64,000 nucleotides of DNA from Thermoanaerobaculia bacterium (GCA_035629395.1 DASPHZ010000079.1:693-64692); one strand, 5' to 3'. Positions 18,398 to 29,316 are shown, numbered from the stretch's first letter. Numbers and translations: made by a program. Notes: generated by a model from the letters alone, not told the origin.

Positions 18398-19163
18398 GTT
18401 GCACCGTGAGCATCGATACCGAACCGCCGTCGATGCCGTCGACGGGAAACGCGACCGCGTCGTCTTCGCGCTGCATGCCGAGGACGTAGAGGAGGGGGAG
18501 GTAGTGATCGGGCGTGGGCGCGGAGAGTTGCGCGTCGCGGCCGAGTTTCTCGTAGCCGACGAGCGGCCCGTGATCGCGCTTGGTGATGCATTCGCGCGCG
18601 AGCTTCTCGAAGCGGACCGCCCAGTCGAACGGCTCCGGATCGTGCCGTCCCCACGCGTACGTGTGCAGGTTGTGCACGAGATTGCCGCTGCCCATCACGA
18701 AAATCCCTTCGTCGCGCAGCGGCGCGAGTTTTTGTCCGAGCTCGTAGTGATACTCCGCGGGCTGCGTCTCGTCGATGCTCAGTTGCACGATCGAAATGTC
18801 GGCGTCGGGAAACACGTGGCAGAGCACGGCCCACGTGCCGTGATCGAGTCCCCAGCGCAGCTCGCCCTGGACTTCGATCGGTGCGAGCAGCGACTGCAAA
18901 CGTTCGACGAGCTGCGGCGCGCCGGGCGCGCGATATTCGTATTCGTACAGCGGACGCGGAAAGCCGCCAAAGTCGTGAATCGTGCGCGGCTGGTCATTCG
19001 CGGTGACGAGCGTGGCCGGCAGGTACCAGTGCGCGGAAACGCACACGATCGCCTGCGGCCGCGGCATCGCCTGGCCGATCTCCGACCACTTCTGCGTCCA
19101 GCGATTGTGCTGGATCGCGTTCATCGGGTTGCCGTGTCCGAAAAAGATGGCCGGCATGCGCAT
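18390..19163 (-). CDS. ygiD: 4,5-DOPA dioxygenase extradiol (YgiD family)
   Basis: MRMPAIFFGHGNPMNA ... SAHW ... HDFGGFP ... DHGTW motifs. The track ORF 5' extension is rejected. Confidence 0.85.
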   Translation of the reverse strand: MRMPAIFFGHGNPMNAIQHNRWTQKWSEIGQAMPRPQAIVCVSAHWYLPATLVTANDQPRTIHDFGGFPRPLYEYEYRAPGAPQLVERLQSLLAPIEVQGELRWGLDHGTWAVLCHVFPDADISIVQLSIDETQPAEYHYELGQKLAPLRDEGIFVMGSGNLVHNLHTYAWGRHDPEPFDWAVRFEKLARECITKRDHGPLVGYEKLGRDAQLSAPTPDHYLPLLYVLGMQREDDAVAFPVDGIDGGSVSMLTVQLG

Positions 19164-19330
19164 GAGGGGGACTTCTAGCACGACTCTGACCAATCTGGGG
19201 CAGTACGGATCAGTGGCTGCAATGCGGATGACCCGCAAGATGCACCGCGCCGGCGAACGCGCAACCGTACGAAACGTAACGCCGCAATCTCGCGCCGTTC
19301 CGCCGCAGCCGCTCATGACATGATCTCGTC

Positions 19331-20164
19331 ATGACTCTGACGATTCTCGAACCGCGCGCCGCGGCGCTCGAGCTCGACGGGATGATGGTCGGGCGCATCC
19401 TGCCGTCCGCGCGGCGCCGTACGGTCGGGCCGTTCATCTTCTTCGACGTCATGGGCCCGGCCGAGTTCGCGTCCGGCAAGGGGATGGACGTGCGTCCGCA
19501 TCCGCACATCGGGCTGGCCACCGTCACGTACCTCTTCGACGGCGAGATCGTCCACCGCGACTCCCTCGGATACACGCAGCCGATCCGTCCCGGCGAGATC
19601 AACTGGATGACCGCCGGCCGCGGCATCGCCCATTCGGAGCGCATGTCCGGCGAAGTACGCGCACGCGGCTCGCGGCTGCACGGCATCCAGTTGTGGGTCG
19701 CGCTGCCGGACGAAGCGGAAGAAGCCGAGCCCTCCTTCGATCACTACGACGCCGGCGTGATGCCGGAGAAGGAGATCGAAGGCGCGCGCGTGCGTCTGCT
19801 CGCGGGATCCGCGTACGGCATGACCTCACCGGTGAAGACGTACTCGCCGATGGTGTACGCGGAGATCGACCTGCGCCCCGGCGCGACACTCGCGCTGCCC
19901 GAGGAACATCCGGAGCTCGCGATCTACGAGGTCGACACGAACCGCATGGTCCTCTTCGATGAAGACACGAAGTCCTTCACGCCGGAGATCGCCACGCACC
20001 TCATGCTCATCGGCGGGACATCGGTCGGCAAGCGGCACATCTGGTGGAACTTCGTGTCGAGCTCGAAAGAGCGGATCGAACGGGCCAAGGCCGATTGGCG
20101 CGCGCGACGCTTTGCCACGGTCGTCGACGATGAAGTCGAGTTCGTCGAGTTGCCGGAGAGGTGA
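19331..20164 (+). CDS. pirin family protein
   Basis: PFIFFD...HPHIGLATVTYL...GEINWMTAGRGIAHSE cupin motifs. Confidence 0.85.
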   Translation: MTLTILEPRAAALELDGMMVGRILPSARRRTVGPFIFFDVMGPAEFASGKGMDVRPHPHIGLATVTYLFDGEIVHRDSLGYTQPIRPGEINWMTAGRGIAHSERMSGEVRARGSRLHGIQLWVALPDEAEEAEPSFDHYDAGVMPEKEIEGARVRLLAGSAYGMTSPVKTYSPMVYAEIDLRPGATLALPEEHPELAIYEVDTNRMVLFDEDTKSFTPEIATHLMLIGGTSVGKRHIWWNFVSSSKERIERAKADWRARRFATVVDDEVEFVELPER

Positions 20165-20250
20165 GAGCGTCGCGTCAGGCTTCCGGGATCGTGCGCCTGA
20201 TTTGCATCTCACGAAAGTCCTGACCCTGACGCCAACGCAAGGAGTATTCG

Positions 20251-21227
<977 letters not shown>

Positions 21228-21228
<1 letters not shown>

Positions 21229-22259
21229 TGCTGCGCCGCATTCTGTACGCCCTCGGAGCCGCACTCGGCGCGGTCCTGGGCGGTGGTCTGGTCGCGGGGT
21301 GGCTCTTCTCCGCACCGAAGTACCGCGGACCGAAATCCGATCACTTCGACGGCAAACGCTTCTTCAATCTCGAGCCGACGACGCACGCCGGCTTCTTGGA
21401 CATGGTCAAGTGGATGACCAGCCGCGACGAAGGCCAGTGGGACGAGTGGCGCGAGATCACACCCGCGCCGCGTCCGCCGCAGCGCGTGGCCGGCGGCGAG
21501 CTGCGCGTGACGTGGGTGAATCACGCCACGTTTCTCATCCAGACCGAGAACGTCAACATCCTGACCGATCCGATCTGGTCGGAGCGCTGCAGCCCCGTGC
21601 AGTGGGCGGGACCGAAACGGCATCACGCCCCGGGTATCCGCTTCGAAGACCTGCCGCCCATCGACGCGGTGATCGTCAGCCACAACCACTACGACCACAT
21701 GGACGCCGCGACGCTCCAGCGCCTGAAGCGCGAGCACAACCCGCGCATTTTCGTCGGCCTCGGCAACGACGGCTTCCTGCAGGGCGCGACGGCACTCGAC
21801 TGGTGGCAGTCCGCGCAAGTCGGGGCCGTCCAGGTGCACGTCGTCCCCGCGCAGCATTTCTCCTCGCGCGGACTGGCGGATCGCGACGCGAACCTCTGGT
21901 GCGGCTTCGTGCTCGAGACGCCGAACGGGCCGCTCTTCTTCGCCGGCGACACCGGATGGGGCTCGCATTTCGCGAACATCCGCAAGCGCTTCGGGGCGAT
22001 TCGCCTGGCGTTGCTCCCCATCGGCGCGTTCCGTCCCGAGTGGTTCATGCAGGCCGTGCACATCTCGCCGCGAAGCGCGGTGCGGGCGGCACAGGCGCTC
22101 GAGGCGCAGGTCGCCATTCCGATGCATTACTACACCTTCCACCTCGGCGATGACGGTCAGGACGAGCCCGCGAAGGTGCTCCGCAGCGCGCTGACGCCGG
22201 GCGTGCGGTTCGATTTCCTCCAGCCCGGCGAGACCGCGCGATATCTTCCGCAACCATGA
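21228..22259 (+). CDS. MBL-fold metallo-hydrolase (NAPE-PLD-like) with N-terminal TM anchor
   Basis: The ATG overlaps the AKR stop (TGATG). [20 protein letters not shown]. Confidence 0.75.
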
Positions 22260-23881
22260 CGCAACCAGGTCAGCGCCCCTCCGAAGAGATGCTCGTGAAC
22301 GTGCCGCGGCTCGTGGCCGCGTACTACGCGGAGCGGCCGGATCCGAACGTGCGCGATCAGCGCGTCGCGTTCGGCACCTCGGGGCATCGCGGCTCGTCAC
22401 TGAAGACGGCGTTCAACGAGCTGCACATCCTCGCCACGACACAGGCCATCTGCGATTACCGCCGCGCGCAGAACATCGACGGTCCGCTGTACCTCGGCAT
22501 CGACACGCATGCGTTGTCCGAGCCCGCATTCGTGTCGGCGATGGAAGTGCTGGCCGCGAATGGAGTGGAGGTGTTCATCGACGAGCACCGCGGCTACACG
22601 CCGACGCCCGTGATCTCGCACGCGATCCTCACGTACAACCGCGGACGCCAGTCCGGCCTGGCGGACGGCATCGTCGTCACGCCTTCGCACAATCCACCCG
22701 AGGACGGCGGCTTCAAGTACAACCCGCCGCACGGCGGTCCTTCCGGCACCGACGCGACGAAGACCATCGAGAACGCCGCGAATGCGTTGATGGCCGATCC
22801 GTCGTCGATCAAGCGCGTCTCGTTCGCGAAAGCGCTCGGTGCTTCGACCACGCACCGTCACGATTACATCGGCGCGTATGCCGGCGACCTCGCCGCGGTG
22901 GTCGATCTCGAAGCGGCGCGCGACGTCCGCATCGGCGTCGATCCTCTCGGCGGTGCCGGCGTCGCGTTCTGGAGCGTGATCCGCGAGCGCTACAAACTCG
23001 ATCTGGAGATCGTGAACGAGTCGGTCGATCCGACGTTCCGCTTCATGACGCTCGACTGGGACGGCCGGATCCGCATGGACTGCTCGTCGCCGCACGCGAT
23101 GGCCAGCCTCATCGCGTTGCGCGACAGGTTCGACGTCGCGTTCGGTAACGACACGGACAACGACCGCCACGGCATCGTCACGCCGAGCGCGGGCCTTCTC
23201 AATCCGAATCACTACCTCGCCGTCGCGATCTCGTATCTCTTCACCCATCGCCCGCAATGGAGCGCCGACGCGGCGATCGGGAAGACGGTGGTGAGCAGCA
23301 GTCTCATTGACCGTGTCGCCGCGGCGCTCGGACGCAGGCTGTACGAGGTGCCGGTCGGGTTCAAATGGTTCGTCGACGGTCTGCTCGCGGGGACGCTCGG
23401 CTTCGGCGGAGAGGAGAGCGCGGGCGCGTCGTTCCTGCGCCGCGACGGCAGCGTGTGGACCACCGACAAGGACGGCATCATCATGGGCCTCCTCGCCGCG
23501 GAGATGACGGCGCGCACCGGACGCGATCCGGGCGAGCTGTATCGCGCGCTCGCCGAAGCGCACGGCGCGCCGTTCTACGCGCGCACCGACGCCGCGGCCA
23601 CGCCCGAGCAGAAAGCCCTTCTCGGCAAGCTCGCGCCGTCGCAGGTCACGGCCAAAACGCTCGCCGGCGATCCGATCGAAGCAATCCTCACCAACGCTCC
23701 CGGCGACGGCAACGCCATCGGCGGCCTCAAAGTGACGACGCAAAACGGCTGGTTCGCCGCACGCCCGTCCGGTACCGAGAACATCTACAAGATCTACGCG
23801 GAAAGCTTCGAGGGCGAGGCGCATTTGCGAAAAATTCAGGAAGAGGCGCAGGCCGTCGTCTCTGCCGCGCTGGAGAGATGA
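22256..23881 (+). CDS. pgm: phosphoglucomutase, alpha-D-glucose phosphate-specific
   Basis: FGTSGHRG and [15 protein letters not shown] active-site loop, with a GEESAG sugar-binding loop. Confidence 0.92.
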   Translation: MTQPGQRPSEEMLVNVPRLVAAYYAERPDPNVRDQRVAFGTSGHRGSSLKTAFNELHILATTQAICDYRRAQNIDGPLYLGIDTHALSEPAFVSAMEVLAANGVEVFIDEHRGYTPTPVISHAILTYNRGRQSGLADGIVVTPSHNPPEDGGFKYNPPHGGPSGTDATKTIENAANALMADPSSIKRVSFAKALGASTTHRHDYIGAYAGDLAAVVDLEAARDVRIGVDPLGGAGVAFWSVIRERYKLDLEIVNESVDPTFRFMTLDWDGRIRMDCSSPHAMASLIALRDRFDVAFGNDTDNDRHGIVTPSAGLLNPNHYLAVAISYLFTHRPQWSADAAIGKTVVSSSLIDRVAAALGRRLYEVPVGFKWFVDGLLAGTLGFGGEESAGASFLRRDGSVWTTDKDGIIMGLLAAEMTARTGRDPGELYRALAEAHGAPFYARTDAAATPEQKALLGKLAPSQVTAKTLAGDPIEAILTNAPGDGNAIGGLKVTTQNGWFAARPSGTENIYKIYAESFEGEAHLRKIQEEAQAVVSAALER

Positions 23882-24103
23882 GAGATGAGAGATGAGAGAT
23901 GAACGATGAGAGATGAGAGATGAGAGATGAGAGATGAGCGATGAGGTCGGCGCGTGCGTCGCCGCCGGTCCCCCCTCGGCCCTCGGCCCTTTGCCCTCGG
24001 CCCTGTATCGTCGCCCCGAGATGAGAGATGAGCGATGAGAGATGAGGTCGGCGCGTGCGTCGCCGCCGGTCCCCCCTCGGCCCTCGGCCCTCGGCCCTCA
24101 GCC
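23873..24103. repeat. composite heptanucleotide arrays forming a 101-bp direct duplication
   Basis: (GAGAGAT) x10 at 23873-23942, with variants GAACGAT and GAGCGAT. A 48-nt segment GAGGTCGGCGCGTGCGTCGCCGCCGGTCCCC... lies at 23943-23990 and repeats at 24044-24091. (CTCGGCC) x4 occurs at 23975-24002 and 24076-24103. A short second GAGAGAT array lies at 24018-24043. Confidence 0.9.
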
Positions 24104-24111
24104 CTACTTCA

Positions 24112-24127
24112 GGGCAGGTTTCTTGCT
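24112..24127 (+). promoter_or_regulatory. candidate sigma-54 (-24/-12) promoter GGGCAG-N5-TTGCT
   Basis: GG at 24113-14 and GC at 24125-26 give exact GG-N10-GC spacing. The -12 TTGCT is perfect and the -24 retains GGCA. It lies 23 nt upstream of the ATG at 24149. Confidence 0.4.
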
Positions 24128-24148
24128 CTAGTTCCCCATCGAGGGACT

Positions 24149-25132
24149 ATGAACATGAGAACCTACAAATCATTGGCAGCAGCGAGCTTAGCGCTCGTCC
24201 TCCTCGCTGCGTGCGGCTCGTCCGGCCTCGGTGACATCCTCGGTGGCGGCGGCAGCACGAGTGGGGCTTCGAATTACGAAATCCGCGGCACGGTCGACTC
24301 GGTCGATCCCAACAGCCGCTCCATCTATCTCACCAACGTCAGCGGTTACACCTCGATGCTTTCGAACAGCGGCGGCAGCGCGGTCCGCGTCTACTACGAC
24401 GACCGCACGCCGGTCTCGCATCAGGGCTCGACGTACCGCCCCGAAGATCTCGAGCGCGGCGACCAGATCTCGGTCCGTGTCGATGAGGACGGCAACCGCC
24501 TCCTCGCCAGCACCATGACCGTCATCTCCGACGTCTCGAACGGCTCGTCGTATCCGGCCTCGGGCTCGGGCGTGTACGGCTCGAACGTGCGCGGCACCAT
24601 CCGCTACATCGACACTTCGCGCCGCACGATCGAAGTCGACACCGGCAGCGTGAACCCCGTCATCGTCGAGTTCGACACGTCGACGCCGGTGTACCACGGC
24701 AATCAGACCTTCCGCCCGGGCGACCTCGAGCGTGGCGATGAGATCGACGTCCGTCTCGACAGTTCCAACAACGGCCGCTACGTCGCGCGCGACATCACCG
24801 TGACGCGCAACGTCAGCGACCCGAACAGCGGCGGTCTCTACGGCTCGTCGCAGACGTCCACCGTCCGCGGTACGGTTCGCAACATCGACACCTCGCGCCG
24901 CACGGTCGAGCTCGAATCTGCAACCTGGGCCGCGGGCTTCAACACCGGCGCCGGCAACAGCCGCACGGTCGTCCTGCAGTACGACAGCAACACGCGCATC
25001 GACGTCAACGGCTCTCTGCAGCCGCTCGAAGGCCTCGAACGCGGTGATGTGGTCGAAGTGCAGGTCCGCAATCTCGGCGGCTCGAGCTATCTGATCGACC
25101 GCGCACTCCTCGTTCGCGACGTCCGCAGGTAA
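24149..25132 (+). CDS. lipoprotein with three tandem ~95-aa beta-rich repeats (DUF5666-like)
   Basis: Lipobox LLAAC. The pattern VRGT(V/I)..(I/V)D...R(S/T)(I/V)...(Y/F)D..T.V......(Y/F)RP.DLERGD.(I/V).V occurs three times. Confidence 0.7.
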   Translation: MNMRTYKSLAAASLALVLLAACGSSGLGDILGGGGSTSGASNYEIRGTVDSVDPNSRSIYLTNVSGYTSMLSNSGGSAVRVYYDDRTPVSHQGSTYRPEDLERGDQISVRVDEDGNRLLASTMTVISDVSNGSSYPASGSGVYGSNVRGTIRYIDTSRRTIEVDTGSVNPVIVEFDTSTPVYHGNQTFRPGDLERGDEIDVRLDSSNNGRYVARDITVTRNVSDPNSGGLYGSSQTSTVRGTVRNIDTSRRTVELESATWAAGFNTGAGNSRTVVLQYDSNTRIDVNGSLQPLEGLERGDVVEVQVRNLGGSSYLIDRALLVRDVRR

Positions 25133-25151
25133 AACGTAAACGCTGCAACGC

Positions 25152-25178
25152 GAAGCGCCGGTACGGCACCGGCGCTTC
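25152..25178 (+). other. 11-bp perfect stem hairpin between lipoprotein and OMP genes
   Basis: GAAGCGCCGGT-acggc-ACCGGCGCTTC. There is no T-run, so it may be an attenuator or an mRNA processing or stability element. Confidence 0.5.
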
Positions 25179-25186
25179 GCTTGCAC

Positions 25187-25987
25187 ATGCGTTCCGCGCT
25201 TTTTCTCCTCGTCCTCGCCACTCCGCTCGCCGCACAGGACAACGTCCTCTTCCCGCGCTTCAGCCTCGTCGGCGGCAGCTCCGCGTCCGACTTCGAAACG
25301 AACGCGCGTATCGATCCCGAAACGTCCGCCGAAGAAGGGACGCTCGTCAGTTTCGAGAACGACCTCGGCCTCGACGACTCCTCGCAGCTCGAACGCTTCA
25401 GCGTGCAATGGCGTCCGTTCGCGCGACACGAGCTCGCGGCCACGTACTTTTCCGCTCCGCGCAGCGGGCGCGAACAGATCGACCGCGAGATCGTCTTCCG
25501 CAACGAGACCTATCGCGCGCAGGCGCTCGTGACGACGCAATGGGACCTCGACTACGCGAGCCTCACGTACACGTACTGGCTCCGCCGCGGAGAGCGCGAC
25601 GGCTTCGGTCTCACTCTCGGCGCCGCAACGCTCGCCCTCGATGCGAGCGTCACGGCGGAACGTGAAGACGAGTCGCTGACGGTCACGCAGGAGGCGAACA
25701 CGGACGTGCCGGTCGCGCTGGTGGGATTGCAGGGACGCGTTGCGCTCACGCAGCACGTTCTCGGCGAAGCGAGCGTGGCGACGCTGCCGCGCGTGACGAT
25801 CGAGGACTACACGGGCAGCGCACTGACGGCATCCGCGCGCATCGAATACCGCCCCGTGCGCTGGCTCGGGATCGGCGCGGCGTACAACTACTTCCGGCTC
25901 GACGTGGACGTCGAACAGCTCGATCTGCGCGGCGCGCTCGACATGACCATCCGCGGGCCGGAAGCATTCGTGCGGCTGGCGTTCTGA
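25187..25987 (+). CDS. outer-membrane beta-barrel protein
   Basis: Signal peptide, alternating amphipathic strands, and a C-terminal aromatic residue (RLAF). Confidence 0.65.
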   Translation: MRSALFLLVLATPLAAQDNVLFPRFSLVGGSSASDFETNARIDPETSAEEGTLVSFENDLGLDDSSQLERFSVQWRPFARHELAATYFSAPRSGREQIDREIVFRNETYRAQALVTTQWDLDYASLTYTYWLRRGERDGFGLTLGAATLALDASVTAEREDESLTVTQEANTDVPVALVGLQGRVALTQHVLGEASVATLPRVTIEDYTGSALTASARIEYRPVRWLGIGAAYNYFRLDVDVEQLDLRGALDMTIRGPEAFVRLAF

Positions 25988-26024
25988 CGGGGACGACCTT
26001 GGTCTCCCCCCGGCGGCAGCGGCC

Positions 26025-27503
26025 TCACCGCACCGCATCCACCAGATCGCGGTTCATGCGGAGCTCGAGCCGGCGCGGACGTCCCGTTCCGTCGAGACTG
26101 AACGTCACCAGCGTATCCGCGTACTCGTACGCGCGATCGCGCCAGCGCGCGCGGAACGTGTCGTAATGCCAGTGCTCGAGATCGGCGATGACGCCGCGCG
26201 CGAACTGCAGCGACAGCGCGCCGTTCTCGTGACGCACGGTCATCGTGCCGAAGACGGGATCCTCGTATGTGCCGGCGTACTCCGCGAGCTCTCGTGATGG
26301 CTTCGTGTTCGCGGTGCGCACCGGCTCCGCCGGTGCCGGACGCGCGCGTGTCATCGCGAGTGCTTCCGCGGCCGAGTCTTTGAGCGGCCGGTCGAGGAGC
26401 GTGTCGAGGATGCGTCCCGCGAGTGCGCCGTGCAGGATCGGCGCGGCCCACGTGTTCACCATCACCGCGACGCCGATGCGCTCCTCCGGCAGGATCGCCG
26501 CGTAAGTCGGCATCCCGTCCGCACCGCCGCTGTGCCACAGCATCGGATGGCCGTGGTAATCGAAGACCTGCCATCCGAGGCCGTAGCCGGCGAAGTAGCG
26601 CAGCCCGCGTGCGGCGCGGAACTGCGGCGTCGTCGCGATGACGATCTGCGGCGCATGCATCTCGTTCATCGCCTCGGCGGAGATGATCCGCTTGCCTTCC
26701 CACGTGCCGTCGCCGAGGTGGAAGAGGAGCCATTTCGCGAGATCGCGGGCGGTGGTGTTGACCGCGTTCGCGCCGAACGCGTTCATCGCCTTCTTGTCGC
26801 GGATCGGCTGCGAGACTCCGGCGAGGACCGCATGCGCCGAAGAGTGATTCGCGCTGGTTACGTGCGAGACGCCGGCGGTACTGTCGTTCATGCCGAGAGG
26901 CTCGAGGAGACGCTTGCGAACGAGATCGACGAACGGCATGCCGGCGGCCGCGGCGGCTGCTTCGGCCGCGACGATGTAGCCGTGGTTCGAGTAGATCAGC
27001 GTGTTGCGAAACGGCTCGCGCTCTTTCAGGAACCGCATCCGCCGGATCACCTCGGCCGTGTCGTACTCGGTGAACACGAACAGCGAGTCGGCTCGATCGA
27101 GGCCGGTGCGATGCGTGAGCAGATCGCGGATGGTGACGTTCTGCGTGCGGTACGGATCGGCGAGCTCGAAGGTGGGAAGGTGGCGGCGCACCGGATCGTC
27201 CCAGCGCATCTTTCCTTCGTCGACGAGCGTGGCGATCACCGACGCGGTGAATGACTTCGAGATCGACGCGATGTCGAACACCGTGTCGCCGTCGACGCGC
27301 TCCGGCTTGCCGAGCGTGCGGACGCCGTAGCCTTTCGCGACGAGCACCTTGCCGTCGCGGACGACGACGACGGAGAGGCCGGGTGTCTCCCAGGCCGCGC
27401 GTGCGTTCTCGATGTACGCGTCGAGCTCGGGAGTCCAGTCTCCTGCCCACGCACTGCATGTCAAAAAAATGACACCTACCGCGCAAAAAAAGAGTCGTCT
27501 CAT
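26025..27503 (-). CDS. class C beta-lactamase-related serine hydrolase with C-terminal DUF3471-like domain
   Basis: Signal peptide, SISKSF (SxxK), YSNHGY (YxN). Its ATG overlaps the stop of the upstream M56 gene (ATGA). Confidence 0.85.
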   Translation of the reverse strand: MRRLFFCAVGVIFLTCSAWAGDWTPELDAYIENARAAWETPGLSVVVVRDGKVLVAKGYGVRTLGKPERVDGDTVFDIASISKSFTASVIATLVDEGKMRWDDPVRRHLPTFELADPYRTQNVTIRDLLTHRTGLDRADSLFVFTEYDTAEVIRRMRFLKEREPFRNTLIYSNHGYIVAAEAAAAAAGMPFVDLVRKRLLEPLGMNDSTAGVSHVTSANHSSAHAVLAGVSQPIRDKKAMNAFGANAVNTTARDLAKWLLFHLGDGTWEGKRIISAEAMNEMHAPQIVIATTPQFRAARGLRYFAGYGLGWQVFDYHGHPMLWHSGGADGMPTYAAILPEERIGVAVMVNTWAAPILHGALAGRILDTLLDRPLKDSAAEALAMTRARPAPAEPVRTANTKPSRELAEYAGTYEDPVFGTMTVRHENGALSLQFARGVIADLEHWHYDTFRARWRDRAYEYADTLVTFSLDGTGRPRRLELRMNRDLVDAVR

Positions 27504-28918
27504 TGCAAGCCCTCCATTGCGGCCGTGCGCACTGCCACGTGCCGATCTTCGGTTTTCTTTTCGAGCAGGTCGCGGCGGCCGAGCGCGGCGAAGTAGCGCA
27601 CCGCGCCGTGGCGCACTTGCCAGGCATCGTCTTCGAGCAGCGGCTCCATCGCATGGGCGGCCGCGGGGTCGGCACCGTTCGCGAGTGCCGTGGCGGCGAT
27701 GGCACGCACGCGCCAGACGGGATGCGCGGTGAGCGCGACCAGTTCCCGCGTCGCCCGGCGATCGCGTGCGATCGAGAGGCCGAATGCGGCGTACGCCTGC
27801 ACGCGCCAGTCGCCGTCGTGCAGCGCCTCGATCAGCGGCGCGACGAGCTCGCCGTGGCGCACCTGCAGCAACGCCCAGCGGGCACGCTCGGGGACGAAGT
27901 CGATTTCGTGCTGCGGCTCGCGCGCGGCGAGTTGCTGCATCGTCGCGATCAACGCGGCGTCGGGACCGGTGGCTTCGACAGACGGAATCGTGGAAGGAAG
28001 CGGGATGCGTTCGCTGAACGGCGAGGCGACGAAGTCGCCGCGCAGATCGGGCTCGCCTCCGCGCAACGTGAGCGCGGCGAGCACCGGCGCGGCGGCGAGG
28101 GCGATGACGATCACCATGGTGCGCGTCGCACGCGCCGCACGCGCGTGCTGCGACGGATCGAGGATCGCGTGAATGCGCTCGGCGAGGTGCGAGCGTCCGG
28201 CCATGGCGATGCCGAGGGTGCGACGCTGCACGAGGCCGCGGGCGATGTCGAGAATTGCCTGCGCATACGCATCGGCCGCGATGCCGCGTGCGAGCACGGC
28301 GTCGTCGCATGCGCGCTCGCGCTCGACGTTCGCGCGGCGCACGACGAGCCACGCCAGCGGATGGAACCAGTAGACGGCGAGGCAGACGTCGGCGATGGCG
28401 CCGAGGAGGGAGTCGCGCCGCGCGACGTGGGCGCGCTCGTGGAGAAGCACGGCTTCGAGCTTCGCTTCGTCCCACGATGCGGCGGCCGGCGGAAGGACGA
28501 TGCGCGAGCCGAGGGTCACCGGCTGCTCGACTTCGTTGCTGATGAGGGCATCGCGGAAGGGGACGGCGCGATGGACGAGGCGGCGGGCGCGGAGGAAAGC
28601 CGCGCATTGGGTCGAGAGCATGGCCAGGGTGCCGAGGAGCCAGAGAGAGGGGCGGGGGGAGGAGGGTTCGGCCGACGGCAAAGAGAGCGGTGGCGGCGAT
28701 GCCGCCAGTCCAGTGGGCGTGGACGCCGGCGTTCCGCTGACGATGGGCGCATCGAGTTTGAGCGGCGGGACGAGGAAGGTCAGGAGGGGGACGGTGAGCG
28801 CCGCGAGCTGGGCGGCGACGAGGATGAGGTGTCGCGTCGATGCAGCGGCGCGGCGTGCGAGCGTCACGCACGCGAGTGCGAGCGCGAAGACGAGCGTGAC
28901 TTTCAGCACGACGATCAC
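27500..28918 (-). CDS. M56-family (BlaR1/MecR1-like) metallopeptidase with C-terminal HEAT-like repeats, no penicillin-binding sensor domain
   Basis: TM N-terminus, HERAHVARRD (HExxH), WFHPLAWL. The C-terminus carries repeated D/E-xW-xVR-xxAAxAL units. Confidence 0.8.
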   Translation of the reverse strand: MIVVLKVTLVFALALACVTLARRAAASTRHLILVAAQLAALTVPLLTFLVPPLKLDAPIVSGTPASTPTGLAASPPPLSLPSAEPSSPRPSLWLLGTLAMLSTQCAAFLRARRLVHRAVPFRDALISNEVEQPVTLGSRIVLPPAAASWDEAKLEAVLLHERAHVARRDSLLGAIADVCLAVYWFHPLAWLVVRRANVERERACDDAVLARGIAADAYAQAILDIARGLVQRRTLGIAMAGRSHLAERIHAILDPSQHARAARATRTMVIVIALAAAPVLAALTLRGGEPDLRGDFVASPFSERIPLPSTIPSVEATGPDAALIATMQQLAAREPQHEIDFVPERARWALLQVRHGELVAPLIEALHDGDWRVQAYAAFGLSIARDRRATRELVALTAHPVWRVRAIAATALANGADPAAAHAMEPLLEDDAWQVRHGAVRYFAALGRRDLLEKKTEDRHVAVRTAAMEGLQ

Positions 28919-29295
28919 GCTTTCTCCTTCTTCCGCGCGCGTTCGACGAGCGCGGCGAGGGCGTCGATCTCTTCCGCGCTCAGCTTGCGCTCGCTGCCGA
29001 GGAGTGCGGCCATCGCGCGCGACGGCGAGCCGTCGAAGAACGTGGAGACGACGTGCTTGATCGCCGACTTTGCCGCGTGCTGTTTCGTGAGCGTCGGGTA
29101 GTAGACGTAGCGGCCGCCTTCGTCCTCGTGGCGCACGTGTCCTTTCGACTCGAGCACGCGCAGCAGGCCGCGCACGGTCGTATAAGTCGGCGCATCAGGC
29201 AAACGCTCCAGCACCTCGGACGCGGTGGCGCGGCCGAGATGGTAGATGACGTCGAGGATCTGCCGCTCGCGGCGGCTGAGAGGATCGGAGGCCAT
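28915..29295 (-). CDS. BlaI/MecI/CopY-family transcriptional repressor
   Basis: LSRRERQILDVIYHLGRATASEVLERL...TTVRGLLRVLESKGHV. The stop overlaps the start of the M56 gene. Confidence 0.9.
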   Translation of the reverse strand: MASDPLSRRERQILDVIYHLGRATASEVLERLPDAPTYTTVRGLLRVLESKGHVRHEDEGGRYVYYPTLTKQHAAKSAIKHVVSTFFDGSPSRAMAALLGSERKLSAEEIDALAALVERARKKEKA

Positions 29296-29310
29296 GTCAA
29301 ATTTTTGACA
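29295..29310. promoter_or_regulatory. 7-2-7 inverted repeat TGTCAAA-TT-TTTGACA overlapping the blaI-like start codon; candidate operator of a leaderless promoter
   Basis: Read directly from the sequence. There is no SD upstream of the ATG. On the minus strand, TTGCCG-N17-CAAAAT is followed 5 nt later by the ATG. Confidence 0.6.
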
Positions 29311-29316
29311 GGGTAG

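Noticed and set aside
23873-24103. Possible CRISPR array or coding repeats (ORF 24035..25132 starts inside the repeats)
   Set aside because: The units are 7 bp and contiguous, with no spacers, so this is not CRISPR. The ORF part covering the repeats (MRDEVGACVAAGPPSALGPRPSALL) is an artefact. The real gene starts at 24149 with a lipoprotein signal.
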